Shown here piece after piece: positions 48,755-62,803 of a stretch of DNA of 64,000 nt; within the stretch, counting starts at the first letter, position 1, and each line of letters opens with the position of its first letter. The notes below the pieces were generated by a model. The model saw only the letters and a list, made by a program, of their open reading frames with translations, was not told the DNA's origin and searched no databases. Both the position numbers and the translations under genes were made by a program. Origin of the DNA: Camelus ferus (lineage: Eukaryota); the NCBI RefSeq assembly GCF_009834535.1, contig NC_045698.1, positions 7,380,001 through 7,444,000 on the forward strand, read 5' to 3'.

Positions 48755-48844
48755 TATTTGTTTTTTTATTGAAGGTTCTGGAGATGGAACCCAGGACCCC
48801 ATGCATGCTAAGCACGCGCTCTCCGGCTGAGCTAACTCGCCCCC
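48755..48844 (-). mobile_element. Camelid tRNA-derived SINE
   Basis: gaacccaggaccccatgcatgctaagcacgcgctctccggctgagcta; TSD ctttctcctt at 48745-48754 and 48847-48856. Confidence 0.9.
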
Positions 48845-51800
48845 ACCTTTCTCCTTGTTTTAAGGAGAGGAATTTTCCTTCCAAATCTTCAAAGTCATCA
48901 TATTAATGAAGATTCATGATTAACAGGGATGATTGGCTCTCATTCCTTTTGGGCCACCTTCGACCCAAATTGTGTTTTTTTGTTTTCGTTTTTTCTTTTA
49001 AAACCTTACAAGAGGCTCCAAAAATTGGCCAACACATTCCAGAACATTGCCTGTCCAGGTTCCCCAAAACTATCTTGGTGGACACATGGCCTATTTCCCA
49101 AGATGTAATTGGAGGCAGTTTAACCATTTTGCAAACGTCTAGCAAGAGATGCCAGTTTCCAAACTGGGTTAAAGTCAACATTACTCTTCTCTCTCTGGGC
49201 AGTTCAGCGTCTTAGGGTTTCTTGACTTACCATGACTTCCTCTCCGCAAGAAATTCAGATTTGGCAAATATTTCTTATGTGGCAAGTAGTTCAAAATTCA
49301 ACTTAAGTGACAAAGAGGATTCTGTGGCTCCCATGGTGAAGTTCGGAGGTGGGCAGAGTTCCCAGAAGGCTGACGTGATGACTCAGTTGTGTGATGTGCA
49401 AGCCCAGCTATCCTCCTCTTGTAGAGATGGTTTTATCCTGAGACCTGTTTCCCTTGTGGGCCTGTAGAAGTCACAGCCATCTACTTCGTCCTTCACGTCC
49501 AGCAGGTGGGTTTGTCTGCAAATCCTCATGAAATCGGAAGGCCACTTGATAGGAGAGATTCTATTAGATAATCATTGATGGACTTATGATGTGACCAGGA
49601 TGCTGTGCTGAGCTCATGGGCAGAAGTCAACCATAGCCCAACTCAGGCAACTCAAAATGGTATCCCCACCCCCAACACTGGGCTTCCCTAGGGCAGAGGG
49701 TGTGCACCCAAATGAAATCTGCTTACCCTAGGGAAGGGCGAAGGTCAACAGCTGCTCTCAGCCAGCCCCGTACAAGGACCTCTGTTGTCATTTTCTGGAA
49801 GTTACCTTTGGCAAAAGGTGGAACTTCAAAATTTCTTCCTGGGGATGTTTTTCCAGCTCAGATGAAATTTTAGGAGAAAGGGAATTTCTTGATAAGCTCT
49901 GAAATGAGATTTTTCAGCCATGACATCTAGAAAATAGTTCTAGAATTCAACCTATACACACAGAAAATACACATTTATTTTTTCTATGAAATACTTCTCA
50001 AAAACCTTGTCTTTGAAAGTTTTAGATTGAAAAAAAATGTGTAAAAAGACAGTTTTAGCAATGATTCTCAGCACTCATGACTCAGTTTGGGCTCTAAGTG
50101 TTTTAATAAGAGGAAGTTTATGTTCCAACTTTCAAGTGTAGCTGTTGTATATGACAAGATTTGCTGAAAGACCATTTTCAGAACTTTACAGCTGTATGTT
50201 TTCACCCTAGGATTCCAAAAATAGGACACCTGTCCCTTCCAGCAGGTAAAAAATGTTTATTTCCTTTTGCCACGCGCCAAACCTCTGTGGAGAACTTTCT
50301 GATTGGCAGTCAGATCTTCATACCGAGCAAAGAGAATCATCTGAGGGTTGATGTAAAGCCTTTCATGTAAACTGATTACCATTAGTTGAGGCTTTCTTAG
50401 CAATTCTGGGGCAGTGTTTTGAAACATAACTCTGATGATGCAGAATACAGCACTTTCCAGAAATGAGCGTTTTCCTTTGGTTTTTCACTCACTACCTGCA
50501 AAGCCCAGCACTTTGGGAGCACCATCAAGGCAGAACCCCATTAGTGCTTTTTTTTCTATTTGACTAATTTACTTTGAAGAATTTTCACATGGCCTCAAAA
50601 CCATCATCAGCTTTCATGATAGTCTCTAAGACCTGAGAAAACCACATTTCTTTTCCAACAGTATCTTGAGTCATTGTGCCTAACCAAATTATTAAGCCCA
50701 ATTTCTTCGATTAGTTTATTCATCACAAGTAATAGGGAAAAGGGGCATTAAATCGATCTTTTGCAAAACTTGAAGTTTGATGTCCTAAGCTAATTCAGCT
50801 AATGATTATCTGATTGAAAATTTGGACTAGCTGAAACAGTCATCTGAATTTTTTTCTTAGATTCTTCTCCAAAGGAAACTTGGGCAGCTGTCAGCATGCA
50901 AATTTTCACAAGTGCTTCTTCACCATGAAAGGTTGGCTTCTGCTGTTATTGTTGTTTTAATCTTAGTGATGGAAAAAGCTGAATCATACAAAACCTTCAG
51001 CACTTTGTAGATGCCTGATATTACATTCTACTTCTGTCCGATCTTACGCAGCTGAAAATTCTCCTTTGCAGGAAAAACAAATGTATAAACATAAATGTCC
51101 TCTTAAAATATTTTGACTAAAATAGCATTTAAATCAAGCATTTCTGGAACTCCAACATTCTGGGGAAAAAATACTCAATCCTTTTGCTTGAATCCCTATA
51201 TGACAAGAAACATTGCCGAAAGGTTTTGATGCCATCTTCAACTACCCGAAGAAAAAAGAAGAGTAAGCAAAAATGAAAGGTTTTGACGTAAACACCTGGT
51301 CCCACAGCTGTGGAGGGGTGAGGGGTGTGGTCCAGACACCCAGGCATGTCTAAATGTGGGAATGCTGAGACACCCAGTGTTTCTGAGCACTGGGTCCTTT
51401 CATGGCACCATGGCAAGATTTAAATAATTTTTCTGGACAATAGTCTAAAGTTGTCCCCACAAGGTCAAGGACAACCACTAACTTACACAAACAGAGGACT
51501 GTCCCAGAATCTATTTTTATACTTTATTACAGTATCTATAAAATCCAATGGTATTTTTCAAATATATGCACACTTGTATTTAAAGAGCAAGCGCATATAC
51601 TGTGCAGTAGAAAGCAGCAGAACAAATTGGATTTTACAATATAACACGTTGTGTTCATACATGAGTTTCCTCTAAAGCCTTTCTTGCTTCACTGCCTGCC
51701 TATCCGCACCCCTCAGGAGACTTATTTATTCTCTGTAGTTTGTACTATAAAATAAACATGATTTTAATTTTCCAAATATAACATTAGACTAAGATAATAT

Positions 51801-52007
51801 GTCTCACCAAATTTCACACCCCTGCCATCCATGTTCTGACGTTCCTCCCTCCATGCCCACCAAATACTTACAAAGAAAGAATACTTAACATGGAATGAGC
51901 CAGCAATGAATCTGAGAGAAGCAAGAATTATTTTGTGATTCTCAACTACTCTGATTTTCTTAAATGGGTGAAAAACAAAAATATTAAAATAGGCAGCCCT
52001 CAGCTTA

Positions 52008-52982
52008 ATTTCCAGAATATACAAACAGCTCATACCACTCAATAACAAAAAAACAAACAACCCAACCAAGAAATGGACAGAAGACCTAAACAGACATTTC
52101 TCCAATGGAGACTTACAGATAGGTAATAGGCATGTGAAAAGATGCTCAACATTGCTACCATCAGAGAAATGCAAATCAAAACTACAACAGGTATCCCCTC
52201 ACACCAGTCAGGATGGCCATCATTCAAAAGTCCACAAGCAATAAGTGCTGGGGAGGGGGTGGTGGGAATGTAATTTGGTGCAGCCGTTATGGAAAACAGT
52301 ATGGAGATTCCTCAAAAAACTAAAAACAGACTTACCCTATGATTCAACAATCCAACTCCTGGGCATATATTTGGAGAAAACTTTAATTCAAAAAGATACC
52401 TGCACCCCAATGTTCACAACAGCACTGTTTATGATAGCCAAGACATGGAAGTAACCTAAATGTCCATTGACAGATGACTGGATAAAGAAGGTGCAGTATA
52501 TTTACACAATGAAATGCTATTCAGCCATAAGAATAATAAAATAATGTCACTTGCAGCAACATGGAGGGACCCAGAGATTATCATACTAAATAAATAAAGT
52601 CAGAAAGAGAAAGACAAATACTACATGATGTTGCTTATATGTGAAATCTAAAAAAAAACCGACACAGGTAACTTATTTACAAACTAGAAGTAGATTCACA
52701 GACACAGACAAGAAACTTATGGTTACCAAAGGGGAAAGGTTGGGGGGGAGAGATAAATTAGGAGTTTGGGATTTGTAGATGCAAACTCCTGTATATAAAA
52801 TAGATAAACAACAAAGTCTTACTGTATAGCACAGGGAACTGCATTCAATATTTTGTCATAACCTATAATAAAAAGCATATGAAAAAGAATACATATATGT
52901 GTAACTGAATCACTGTGCTGTACACCAGAACTAACACAACATTGTGAATCAACTATACTTCAACTAAAAAAAGAGCTAGAAT
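52008..52982 (+). mobile_element. 5'-truncated LINE-1 with long perfect TSD
   Basis: aaaataggcagccctcagctta at 51986-52007 and 52983-53004; ORF 52245-52454 [27 protein letters not shown] is the ORF2p C-terminus. Confidence 0.95.
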
Positions 52983-53228
52983 AAAATAGGCAGCCCTCAG
53001 CTTATGAACCAAGATTTACATTGAAATGCTATTTGTCAGTCGTATTTTGGGGCATGTAGAATCATGTCTCCATCAAACAAAATGTCATAAATGGTGCCTC
53101 ACCAATGTCCTATGTACATGTAAATTGAATTATAGTAATGTCTGCAAACAGCACAGCCTTCCAGGTCATCTGATTCTAGTCTTTCATTGTGCTTGAGCTG
53201 TTTTCCATCTCAGTAGGTTGCAGGTAGC

Positions 53229-53675
53229 ATGCTATTTTTTTAGGGCTGCCTAAACAAAGTGCCACAAACAAAGTGGCTTAGAACAGAAGTGGATTGTTTC
53301 CCAGCGCTGGAGGTTGGAAGTCTGAAATCCAGGGCTCAGCAGGCTCACGCTCTCTCTGGAGGCTCTAGGAGAAGCCCCTTCCCCACCTCTTCTAGTATCT
53401 CATTCCAGCTGCCAACAACGCTTGGTGCTCTTTGGTTCACAGACGCATCACCAGTCTCGGCTCCTGTCTTCACAGGACTTCTGGCTGTGCATGTGTGTCC
53501 AAACTTCTGTCTTCTTATGAGGACACCAGTCCAATGGGATTTGGGGCCCACTATCATCCAGGATGACCTCATCTTAACTTGATTCCATCTGCAAAGATCT
53601 TATTTCCAAATAAGGTCCCATTCACAGGTTCTGGGAGGACGTGAATTTTTGGTGGGCAGTGTTCAACCTGGTAGA
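53229..53675 (-). mobile_element. MaLR solo LTR, MLT1C-like
   Basis: tagggctgcc...acaaagtgccacaaac...ccaggatgacctcatcttaacttgattccatctgcaaag...tatttccaaataaggtc; near-TSD gtagc/gtaac. Confidence 0.92.
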
Positions 53676-55309
53676 GTAACTAATAGCGATGCAAACGATT
53701 CTTGTTTACAGACATGCAAATTCTGTCCTGTTCAGAAGAGGCTCAATTACCTTCTCTCCACACTTGGAACAGCCAGGGTTGCCTTCATTTGCATATTCAT
53801 GTCAGTATCCTTGCTCTATAGGTGGGTCTGCTCTTGAGAATCTCTTTGAAACAGTTTGAATCATGTGCCTGATTCCTTCATTTGCTGAGTAAAATCTTTA
53901 ACAAGCATTCATATTTATATGTATGTGAGAGTCATGGTTTTATTTTATTTCTTTTTAAATGACTTTTTAACAGTGAAAGAAGGAGGGAAGAGAAAGCACG
54001 AGGGCAATGCCTTCCCCTGGCCTGGGCCCTGGGCTAGCCCTGAGCCAACCCCAACCGCTCCAGCAAGTCAAGGCTGCCTTGAGCCCCCTCTGTCTTCCAC
54101 TCAGTACCTGCTCCCGCCTCCCAGGAGATGTCGCCCCAGGTTCTCTGTCCTGTATCCCAAATGGTTGGAGCCTTCACCTCGAGCCTGAGCACCCGATACC
54201 AACGCTTTCTCCTGAATCCAACCCACCTCTCCCCACCCAAAGGCCCACCATCCTCAGTGGCTCCCATGTGACTTGCTGCTGGGAGTAACTGACCCCCATC
54301 CCACCCCTGCCACTCTCACCTTTTGAAAAGACAGTGCTTGCTGATCTAGCTCCTTCATTATTCAGCCAGATTTCAGATACATTTATTTTTATTCCTAAAT
54401 TGCTTATTTAGGGGGAAATGGGCAGTTTGTTGGTTTAGAAATTTTCTTATTTATACGTTTTTCTATTTACCTCTTTGGTAGGTGATTTGGTCTACATGTA
54501 TTGAGGGTTCAAGTTGGAGAAGTGGATTTTGGGTTTGGAAGTTTTCAAGGATGTAAATACTCACTTGAGCACAGGGGATACCCGTGGTTGTACTTTGGGT
54601 GGCTTCTCCATCTTCAGGGTTGGGAAGCAGCCCCTCTGGCAGGAAAGATTAGGCCTGTCCCAGGAAGGGATCGGCAGGGGGCGGAGGAAGTTTCAACTTG
54701 CCCCATTCAAAGCCAAGAGGAGGTACTCAGTGGGGCTTCCACGTTCCACAGAGGGAGCGAGCTGACGACTCCGCATCAGCCTGTGGTTGCAGAAGTCTGT
54801 CAGGTTCTGGAAGCTTTTCCATGCATTTCTGTGCTTCTGTCATGCACCTCAAGGAGAGAAGGCAGGCAGATTGGAGGTGACCGTGCCCCCCCACTGCACT
54901 GCTGAGTCAGGTGTGGCAGGGCTACTGGTGGTTATGTTAAAGGGGAACCTGCTTAAAGAAGGTGACGTTGTGCCACAGCTGCTGGGAGGCTGGGCAGTGG
55001 CCATGGGCTCCCTGGACATGGCCCAAGATGGGTCCACCTCGGTTCTGTGGCACCTTATGGCATTGGAGGCTTGAGAGGACCTTCCTGCTAAATCTCTTCG
55101 CCATCTTTCACTGCTTCAACATTTAATCTTCCCAAATTGTCCTTGGGTCTTAGGTGGCTGGTCCTCTGGCCAAGCTCCCCTCTCCTGCTCCAGTCTCTTC
55201 TTCTGGAATCTGGTGTGACTGGAGGCTATTTGGAGCAGAGAAGGACCACAACTCATCCTTCAGGGCAGTTAAATTGAAGGAATGATGTGCCCATGTCCTA
55301 AAGAACAGC

Positions 55310-55500
55310 ACTCGTGCCGATACTGGCACATGTAATGCTTCTGCAGCGCCAGGCGCTGTCTTAAGCATTTTCCATAAATTAGCTCATTTAATCCTCATTC
55401 ACAAAACTGTGAAGAAGGCGCTATTACTAGTCCCATCTTTACAGACAGAGAAACTGAAGCATAAGGAGGTTAAACAGTAGCTGAAAGATTATCTACTTGC
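55310..55500 (-). repeat. MIR SINE
   Basis: gccaggcgctgtcttaagcatttt...ctcatttaatcctca...cccatctttacagacagagaaactgaagc. Confidence 0.8.
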
Positions 55501-56059
55501 CAAGGGAAGCTCACTGCTCCCTCAGCTGGGGTCAGGGCTGGGGTTCATAACATCCCCCCAACAAGGCTGATCTCCAAGAACAGTGTTTATTTCTGGCTAG
55601 CATGTTGGGGATGGGGAGCTACAGAGCACACTCTTCAATCTTCAGTGTCATTCTTCGGGTTAAAATGTGCAGCAATAGGTCAGCAGGACACGGAACGAGC
55701 GTCCCTCTGTGGGTGACGCGGCCATGGGGAACTTGGGGTAAACAATGATATGAGTAATGGTTAAGGTTCTGAGCCAAAGAGAAATGCCTGAACCATGAGT
55801 GGTACTAGAAACAGTTCTGAATTCCAGATCTCAAGAAGGTCTGGAGCTGAGATAGTCCCTCTTCACACCATGGAGGAGGGTGGAATTCCACTCTCAGCGG
55901 GAAGTCAGGGAGGGGGTGGGCTCCACTCCAGAGGGTTCCCAGGAAGCCTCTGTAGGGTCACAGCCTCCAGCTACAGGGATTAAAGGAATTTCTGGGGCGG
56001 GGAGCGAGCTGGGGCTCTGGGCTGACCCTTCCTTTCACAAGCTTTACCGAGCGCGATTA

Positions 56060-56670
56060 GTAAGAGTAGCTGACACTGATGCAGTGCCTACTCAGTTACG
56101 GTTTCCATGCTGAACCCTTCTCCTGTATTGTTTTTCTCAGCCTGCTCTTGCAACCTTATAAGGCAGGTGTTACTATCCCTTTAGAGGGATATTTAGCCCC
56201 ATACAGATTAAATAACTTGCCCAAGCCAAAAAGAGCTGAGCTTTTAGAAAATCTATTGAGGTATAGTATACATTCAGAAAAATTCCAAGTGTATGGATTG
56301 ATGAATGATCTCAAAGTGAACCCATCTATGCGACCAACTCTCAGGGTAATAGATAAGACATGACATTCTAAGTGCCCCCAAACACCTGCCTGTCCCCATC
56401 CCAGCCACTGCCCTCCTCTTCCACAAAGGTCAACACTATCCACGTTTCCAACAACAGAGATTAGTTATGCCTGATTTTCAACTTCCTATAAATGGAATCA
56501 TATGGCCCATGCTCTTTTGTGTGTGGCTTCTTTTGGCCAGCATCATGTCTGTGACATTCGTCCACATTGTTGAGAGTAGCATAGTTCATCCATTTTCACT
56601 GCAGTGTAGTGTTCCACTATATGGCTGTACCACAACTCACTTATTCAATCTCCTGTTGCTGACCATTTGT
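56060..56670 (-). repeat. MIR fragment followed by an old L1ME-like 3' end
   Basis: gattaaataacttgcccaag; tattgaggtatagtatacattcagaaaa...ataaatggaatcata...gtctgtgacattcgtccacattgttg. Confidence 0.75.
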
Positions 56671-57143
56671 TTTCTCTTCTTCTTCTGGTTCTTGTTTTGT
56701 TCCCATTCTCCTTCTCCTCCTCCTCCTCCTCTTTCCCATGATGTAGGGAGCTTCTGTGAAAGCTTAACTCAGGGTCCCTGTGTACGGGGAAAGCTGGCAA
56801 TAAGATGAGATTCCCCAAGGAGGATGGTCACAGAGTGAAGAGCCTGTGGACCACTGACATTGGAGGGTCAGGTTGCCTGCTAAGACCAAGTGGGGTGGGA
56901 GGGGGAGAAAGTGGTGAAGGTCTAAAATGGCAAGAACCAAGAATGCCCACCCCCCTCCCCCCAACCTCAGTGTAGAGACCACACTCACATTTGCAGGACC
57001 TCTGGTGGGCGGGACTCAACAGCCTGGGTGATGGTCACAGAAGGGAGGTGGTAGGCATGATCCCAGGGGAGGGGTTATCTGGATGGTGGAAGGTTAAGCA
57101 TAAGATCTGGAGGCAGAGTCTGATAAGAGAAGGATTTAAGTGA

Positions 57144-57257
<114 letters not shown>

Positions 57258-59619
57258 TAAGAAGGGGGCGACCACGCAATCCACCTGAGCAAGATGGGGG
57301 TCCTGAACCTGGCACAGTGGAGTGCCACTTGGACAGCACATCCTGGGAGACGTGATGACAAGAGCTAAGCTTCAGGCTGGCTTCCCGTAGCCACGAGGGT
57401 GACTTCCTGGTCACCAAGGCAGTGCATGCGTGTTGAGGTTACCTTAACCTTTTCTATAAGCTATACCAAAACATCTACTTAAATTCTTTCCTTATACCAG
57501 CCCTTCAAATAAAGGAGTTGGGTACTCACTCCACTCCCAAATAAATTTGAGAAATATATCGAGGTCCTGCTCTCTTTGTGACATTGTTTGACTCTTCCAA
57601 TCCGAGTCAGCTGCAGCCCCAGTGGTTGGTAGCTGTCAGGGGACACTGGCTACGTAGGTCGTGGGCACATCGGCAGGTGCAGGTATCTTATCATCAGAAT
57701 CATGACAAGCTTTTCAGAGCAGACCCAGGCTGGATTGCTGCTCTACCCCTCCTATTCCATCAACACTTAATAAATTCTGTCAAGGAAGGTGTTTGTGAGG
57801 GGTGGGAGGGGAAGAGTTCTGTGCTAATAAAGGAAGAAACCAGAAGCCAGGTCTCAAAGGGGAGCTGCTCCCCAAAGCATCCTTGCAGACTGGTGAGGGG
57901 GACTCAGGAGCCAACTGTTGCCACCAGGAACGTGGGCATGACTCACTAGAGGGGAGGACCTGTAATGAAATGTGCATTTCGAGAGCCTGACTGTGCATCT
58001 GCTTCCTTCAGGAAAACAGTTGACTGGATAACTCCAGAGCAGGAGAGGGAAGAATAGAACTATGGGAGTTTCGTCATCATAAACTGGGGATATTTTTTGG
58101 CCAGGAATAAAATACCAAAATGTTCTGGTGAATTCTTGAGAGAATCAATGCCAGAGGCTATTCAGGTATTTAAGTGCAAAAATGTGCCAATAAAGAGTCG
58201 TAACTGTCAGCTCCACCACAGTTAATGTTGTAAGGGGTGGATGTAATTACTACAAACTTTGTGCTGGGTTGTTTGGTCTTTGGAACAGATGAGCTAATCA
58301 CTTCCATGCTGAACAGGATGGGTTGTTTTTTTTTCAGGTTTAGGATCACGAGGAAGCTGGGATTGCTCAGCCATCTCTTCCATTTATTCATTTGGGAATG
58401 TTTCTTGAGCATCGTCTGGGCAGCTTGCTGTCTTTGGATACAGCTGAACCTGTGTCTGTTCTTGAAAATCACAATGTGGATCACAAGCCTTCAGCCTTGC
58501 CCTCTGCAGTCCCTCGTGGGCAGAACTCCCACCTCCTTCCTCTTCCTGGAGCCTCAGGAAGGCCAGGGGACATGGAATACGGTGGTGGGCGGCTCTTCCC
58601 AACTCTGCACTGGACAGCCCGGTGGCTACAATGCGGGTGGCCACAGTGAGTCCAAACGATGCATCTGTGTCGCTGTTCAGAGTACGGGGTTGGTGCTGAT
58701 GTTAAATTTGGGTCAAGCTGGAAATGTCCACTGAATTCAAAAGAAAAGAAGCCCCTGCCAGACCCTCAGAAAACTAGGGGAAGAGGGAGAAGCAGATGAC
58801 AGCGATTCAAAGAGTAACAGGGAGAACGGGGATGGGAGCCATTGTCTTCTTACTTTATAGACTCAAGATGAGAGGAGGGCGGTTTCCAAAAAGCACGTTA
58901 TTACTTTTGCAATTTTAAATGAACAATTAGTTTTTAATGAGTAAATAAAAGATGAAAAGTAGAGCTTGTGGAAGGAGATGTTTCTTGCAGAAGTTTCGGC
59001 TGTGAAGGTGAGGCGGGGCTGCGGGGAGGTGGAGAAGGGTGGAGGGGAAAGCAGATCTGGTTTAAGATGCAGCACTGAATCGGGCTGTGGATGGCAGAGC
59101 ACGCTTGTCACGTGATGACACGAGCACCCCGGGGGATGGTATCCAGAGTCCCCAGGGAGGAGGAATCCAGGTTTAGCTGTAGGGAAGGGGCCCTCTTCCC
59201 CTGGAGACGAAGTGAGAAAGGTCAGGGATGCAAGTGAATCTCAGCTGGCAGAGAGGGGGTCCTGGGCACACCCTCTGGAGGAGACTGGTCCCATTTCTCT
59301 GTAGAGCGGGAGGTGAAGGCTTTTGAGGAGGGCGGTGGGTTAGGTTTGAGGGGAGTGGGGGAATTTGAGGCCACTGTGGAGACTGGAAGATGGACAGGGT
59401 GGCAGGTCCAGCACCCTGGGGAGCCCGCATTGCTGAGCCGGGCTTGGGACAGGGAGAGGTTGAGGATCCCAGCTCCTGGGGCTGGTAGGACAGGGATTAC
59501 AGCATACCCCCCAGAGGGGGACCGAGAGGAGGACAGGAGGCAGGGATGGATAGGGACCCTATTACCTGCATAGCTCACTCCCTTCTTCCTTTAGCTCTTA
59601 GTTCAAAGACCCCTTCCTC

Positions 59620-59791
59620 AGCTGGACGGTGTCAGCCCTCTCAACTAAAACTGTAACCCCTGCATCCTTTCCATTTCCTTTCCCTGCTTAATTTTTTTCT
59701 TGGCACGTAATACTATTTCACATGCTATGCATTACATGTATGTTGTTCAGTATGTGTCTCCCCAGCAGAATGGAAGCACTCCAAGGGCAGG
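59620..59791 (+). repeat. L2 fragment (host of the adjacent MLT1 LTR)
   Basis: tttccctgcttaatttttttcttggcacgtaatacta...gtctccccagcagaatggaagcactccaagggcagg. Confidence 0.7.
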
Positions 59792-60205
59792 GGTTACGGG
59801 TTGAAATGTGGACCCCTAAAATTCATATGTTGAAGTCCTAACCCCCAGTACCTCATAATGTCACTTTATTTAAAAGTAGGGTTGTGGCAGATGTAATTAG
59901 TTATGATGAGGTCATTAGGATGGGCTCTTATCCAGTATGACTGATGTCCTTAAAAAGAGGGGAGATTTGCATACAGAGACGGACATACACATGGAGGCAG
60001 AAATGGGGTGATGGCGCAGCAAGCCTCCAGGAGCCTGGGGAGCGCGTGGACCAGATTCTCTCTCTCACAGCCTCAGAAGAAGCTGACCCTTCTGACACCT
60101 TGATCTCAGGCTTCTAGCCTCCAGAACTGGGAGAGAATAAATCTCTAGTGTTGAAGCCACCCACTTTGTGATGTTTTGTTACAAAAGTACTAGTAAGCTA
60201 ATGTG
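59792..60205 (+). mobile_element. MaLR solo LTR, MLT1A/B-like, with 5-bp TSD
   Basis: TSD gcagg at 59787-59791 and 60206-60210; aaattcatatgttgaagtcctaacccccagtacctca...tctagcctccagaactgggagagaataaat. Confidence 0.93.
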
Positions 60206-60889
60206 GCAGGGAATTAACTTTCACTTCATTTTTAGAATATCTGCCCCGTGATTCTCCCAGCATGCACTGCATGTGCGGCTCTGGTTCTCTCTGCCCGTAG
60301 CTCTGTCCCCCTGGGAGTATTTTTGACATGAAATCCACCCCGGCGAATTAGGCCAAGTGGTAGGTGTAAGCCAACCTTTACGATTCATCATAGTAATTTA
60401 AAATTTCTGATTTAGTCTTTGCTTTTATTACTGAATTTATGCTCAGTTAGGGAAAGTGATGGGGCCACAAGCCGGACACCTTGCCCTAAGCACATGTGAG
60501 TCCAGGCTCAGAGCTGTGTGTGTTGCTCCATCCCCCTTGTTTCACAAGAGGGATGTCTAGAAACAGCACCTGCAGCCCTGGGTGAACCCCGAGTCTCCTT
60601 GGTGCGTGGCCCCAGCAGTCTGCATATGGTGGTTACACATGGCAGGGTAATGCTCCGGCTTTATAGGGAACCAGTGATGGTCAGGAGCTGGTACAGAATC
60701 CAGACATGCTCCAGCGTCCTAGGTCTTCCTGCCTTGGATGGTGTGTTGTTGTTGTTTAATTCCTGAAGGTCCAAAGACTTGGAAGTACAGCTGGCTAAAG
60801 AAAGTTCAGAATCTTGCTCTGTGCCTGATTGGATCTAAATTCAGAAGGTCCCCGGAGACAGCTGGGGCCCGGTCCAGCAGGCCCTGCCT

Positions 60890-61100
60890 TTACTTCCATT
60901 CAACAAGGATTTACTGAGCATCTACCAAAATGGTAAGACAGCTTCTTAGGTGCTGGGGATTAAAATACGCTAATAAGAAGTGGTCCTTGAACTTGGTAAA
61001 CTCTCAGGTTATAAGAAGGAAGACAGTCTTGCAAAAAGTTGTTGGAAAACAGGGTAATAAGAACTATTTCAGGGTCATGAACAAAGGGGTGGGATGGGGA
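60890..61100 (-). repeat. L2 3' end
   Basis: ttccattcaacaaggatttactgagcatctac...taggtgctggggat. Confidence 0.65.
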
Positions 61101-62382
61101 AAGTAGGGGGAGTTTGCCCTGCACCTGGGGTCAGGGGGGCCACGGTGGGTCAGGGAGAAGCCTTCTGTTGAGTAGATCTTTTAATAGCTGTTCATATCAC
61201 ATGAGGCTCCCTACACTGGCCTTAAAAATCCAACCACTTTTATTCAGATGAGGATCCAAGGCCTTTGTGTCCCTGGAGTAAACGTGACTTTTCTAGTTTT
61301 AGCCTTTTACTGTTACTTCCCATCAAGAGCAGGAAAAAGGCAGAAGCACTGGCTGTTAGGTGCACACATGCATGTGCTCCTGCTGAATACTCAACCACAA
61401 AGGCAGAAATCCTCCCTAAAAGAGAGAGAAGTTCTTAAATGGTTGCACTGATCCAGGTGACATTGGGAGGGATCTCGCAGCTGTCAACTGAGCGGAGCTG
61501 AAGGGCTGAAGGGCCACTAATCTCTTTAATAGGGAGCTCCAGAAATACACAGGAGACTTTTCCTTGTGTTTCTAAGTGGATCAGAAGAGTAATCTGGCCC
61601 AGCCGTTTTGTAGATGGACTTCAGGACACTCTAGGTTGTTTCTGTTTATTACAGTTAACTCAGGGAAATTTGCAAAAATTCCAGAACAGATAATTTTGGT
61701 TTGCTTAAACTGGTTTCTTGTTTTTCAATGAGTGACTAAGAGATGTCCCATCCTCCACACACGTCTGTGTCTCATGTGGGCAGCCAGAGAGCTGGAGGAG
61801 CCTGCAGCCAACTTCAGGAGGTAATGAGCTTCTCCAAACTCCATCCTTGAGGATGTTTTCTCAGAGGAAGTGGGGAAAATGGTCTCAGCCTTAACAAGCC
61901 ATGCTGAGGGTCTCCTTGAGCCCCCATTTTTTCTTTGACGCCAACCCTAGGCTCTGGGCTACTTTCCTTACATTTTAACTACGGCCATCACTCAGTCTAG
62001 ATTCCAAGAAGGCAGGACCCAAGCCTGCCTGGGGTGCCCTCCTCCGCAGCCACCCAAGGCAAGCAAACAGCTCTTTTCATCCTGGTGAGCTCTATTGCCA
62101 CTCACCAGGGGACAACAGGGTTAACAAAATGGATAAATATGCTCAGTTTTTTCTTCTCAATTTGCAAGCAATCTCTCTATATTCTGGCCATCAACCACTT
62201 GTAACAGACAGCACAATGAATGTTTTTCCTATTTTTTTTCCGATTGTTTTTCTTCCCCATTGGCTTGTGTTGGTGTCGTTTTTTAAAAATGCTTTTTTCT
62301 CCCCCAGAATTAAAGCTCTTTTAGTTGCTAATAAGGAAACCAACTCTGGGAAGCTTAAAGAGCAACAACAGAGGAAACTATT

Positions 62383-62474
62383 GGGGGCAGGGGTGGGTCT
62401 AGCTCAGTGGTAGTGTGGGTAGCATGCACGAGGTCCTGGGTTCAATCCCCAGTACCTCTATTGAAAAAAAAGAA
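62383..62474 (+). mobile_element. Camelid tRNA-derived SINE
   Basis: tagctcagtggtag...tagcatgcacgaggtcctgggttcaatccccagtacctctatt plus A tail; TSD aggaaactatt/aggaaattatt. Confidence 0.92.
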
Positions 62475-62803
62475 ACAAAGGAAATTATTAGATGTGTATT
62501 ATCTCAGGAGATTTGCTTTCATTTTGCCATGTCTACGCCGCCCCACCCCATAGGTTTTCCACTGGAATTTGGTTATTTGTAGAACAGCAAGAGACAAGAA
62601 GTGTTTTCTGCCGAGACTTCCTGTTTGAGATCATTGGGCAGGGGTGGGGGGTAGATCAGAAGCACATTTCTTGAGTTTCTTTCCCAGGCGCCTCAACTTT
62701 GGGTTACCATTTTGAATACAGCCATGAAGAAAATTAAGATGCTCAAGCCACCTGATGTGAGAGGTTCTTTTAAGGAAATGCCAGGTAAGGGTTCATTTGG
62801 ATA

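Noticed and set aside
58237..58734. 165-aa hydrophobic ORF resembling a membrane protein
   Set aside because: GTG start, T-rich composition and overlap with an L2-like tail (ttccatttattcatt...ttcttgagcatc); no recognisable family
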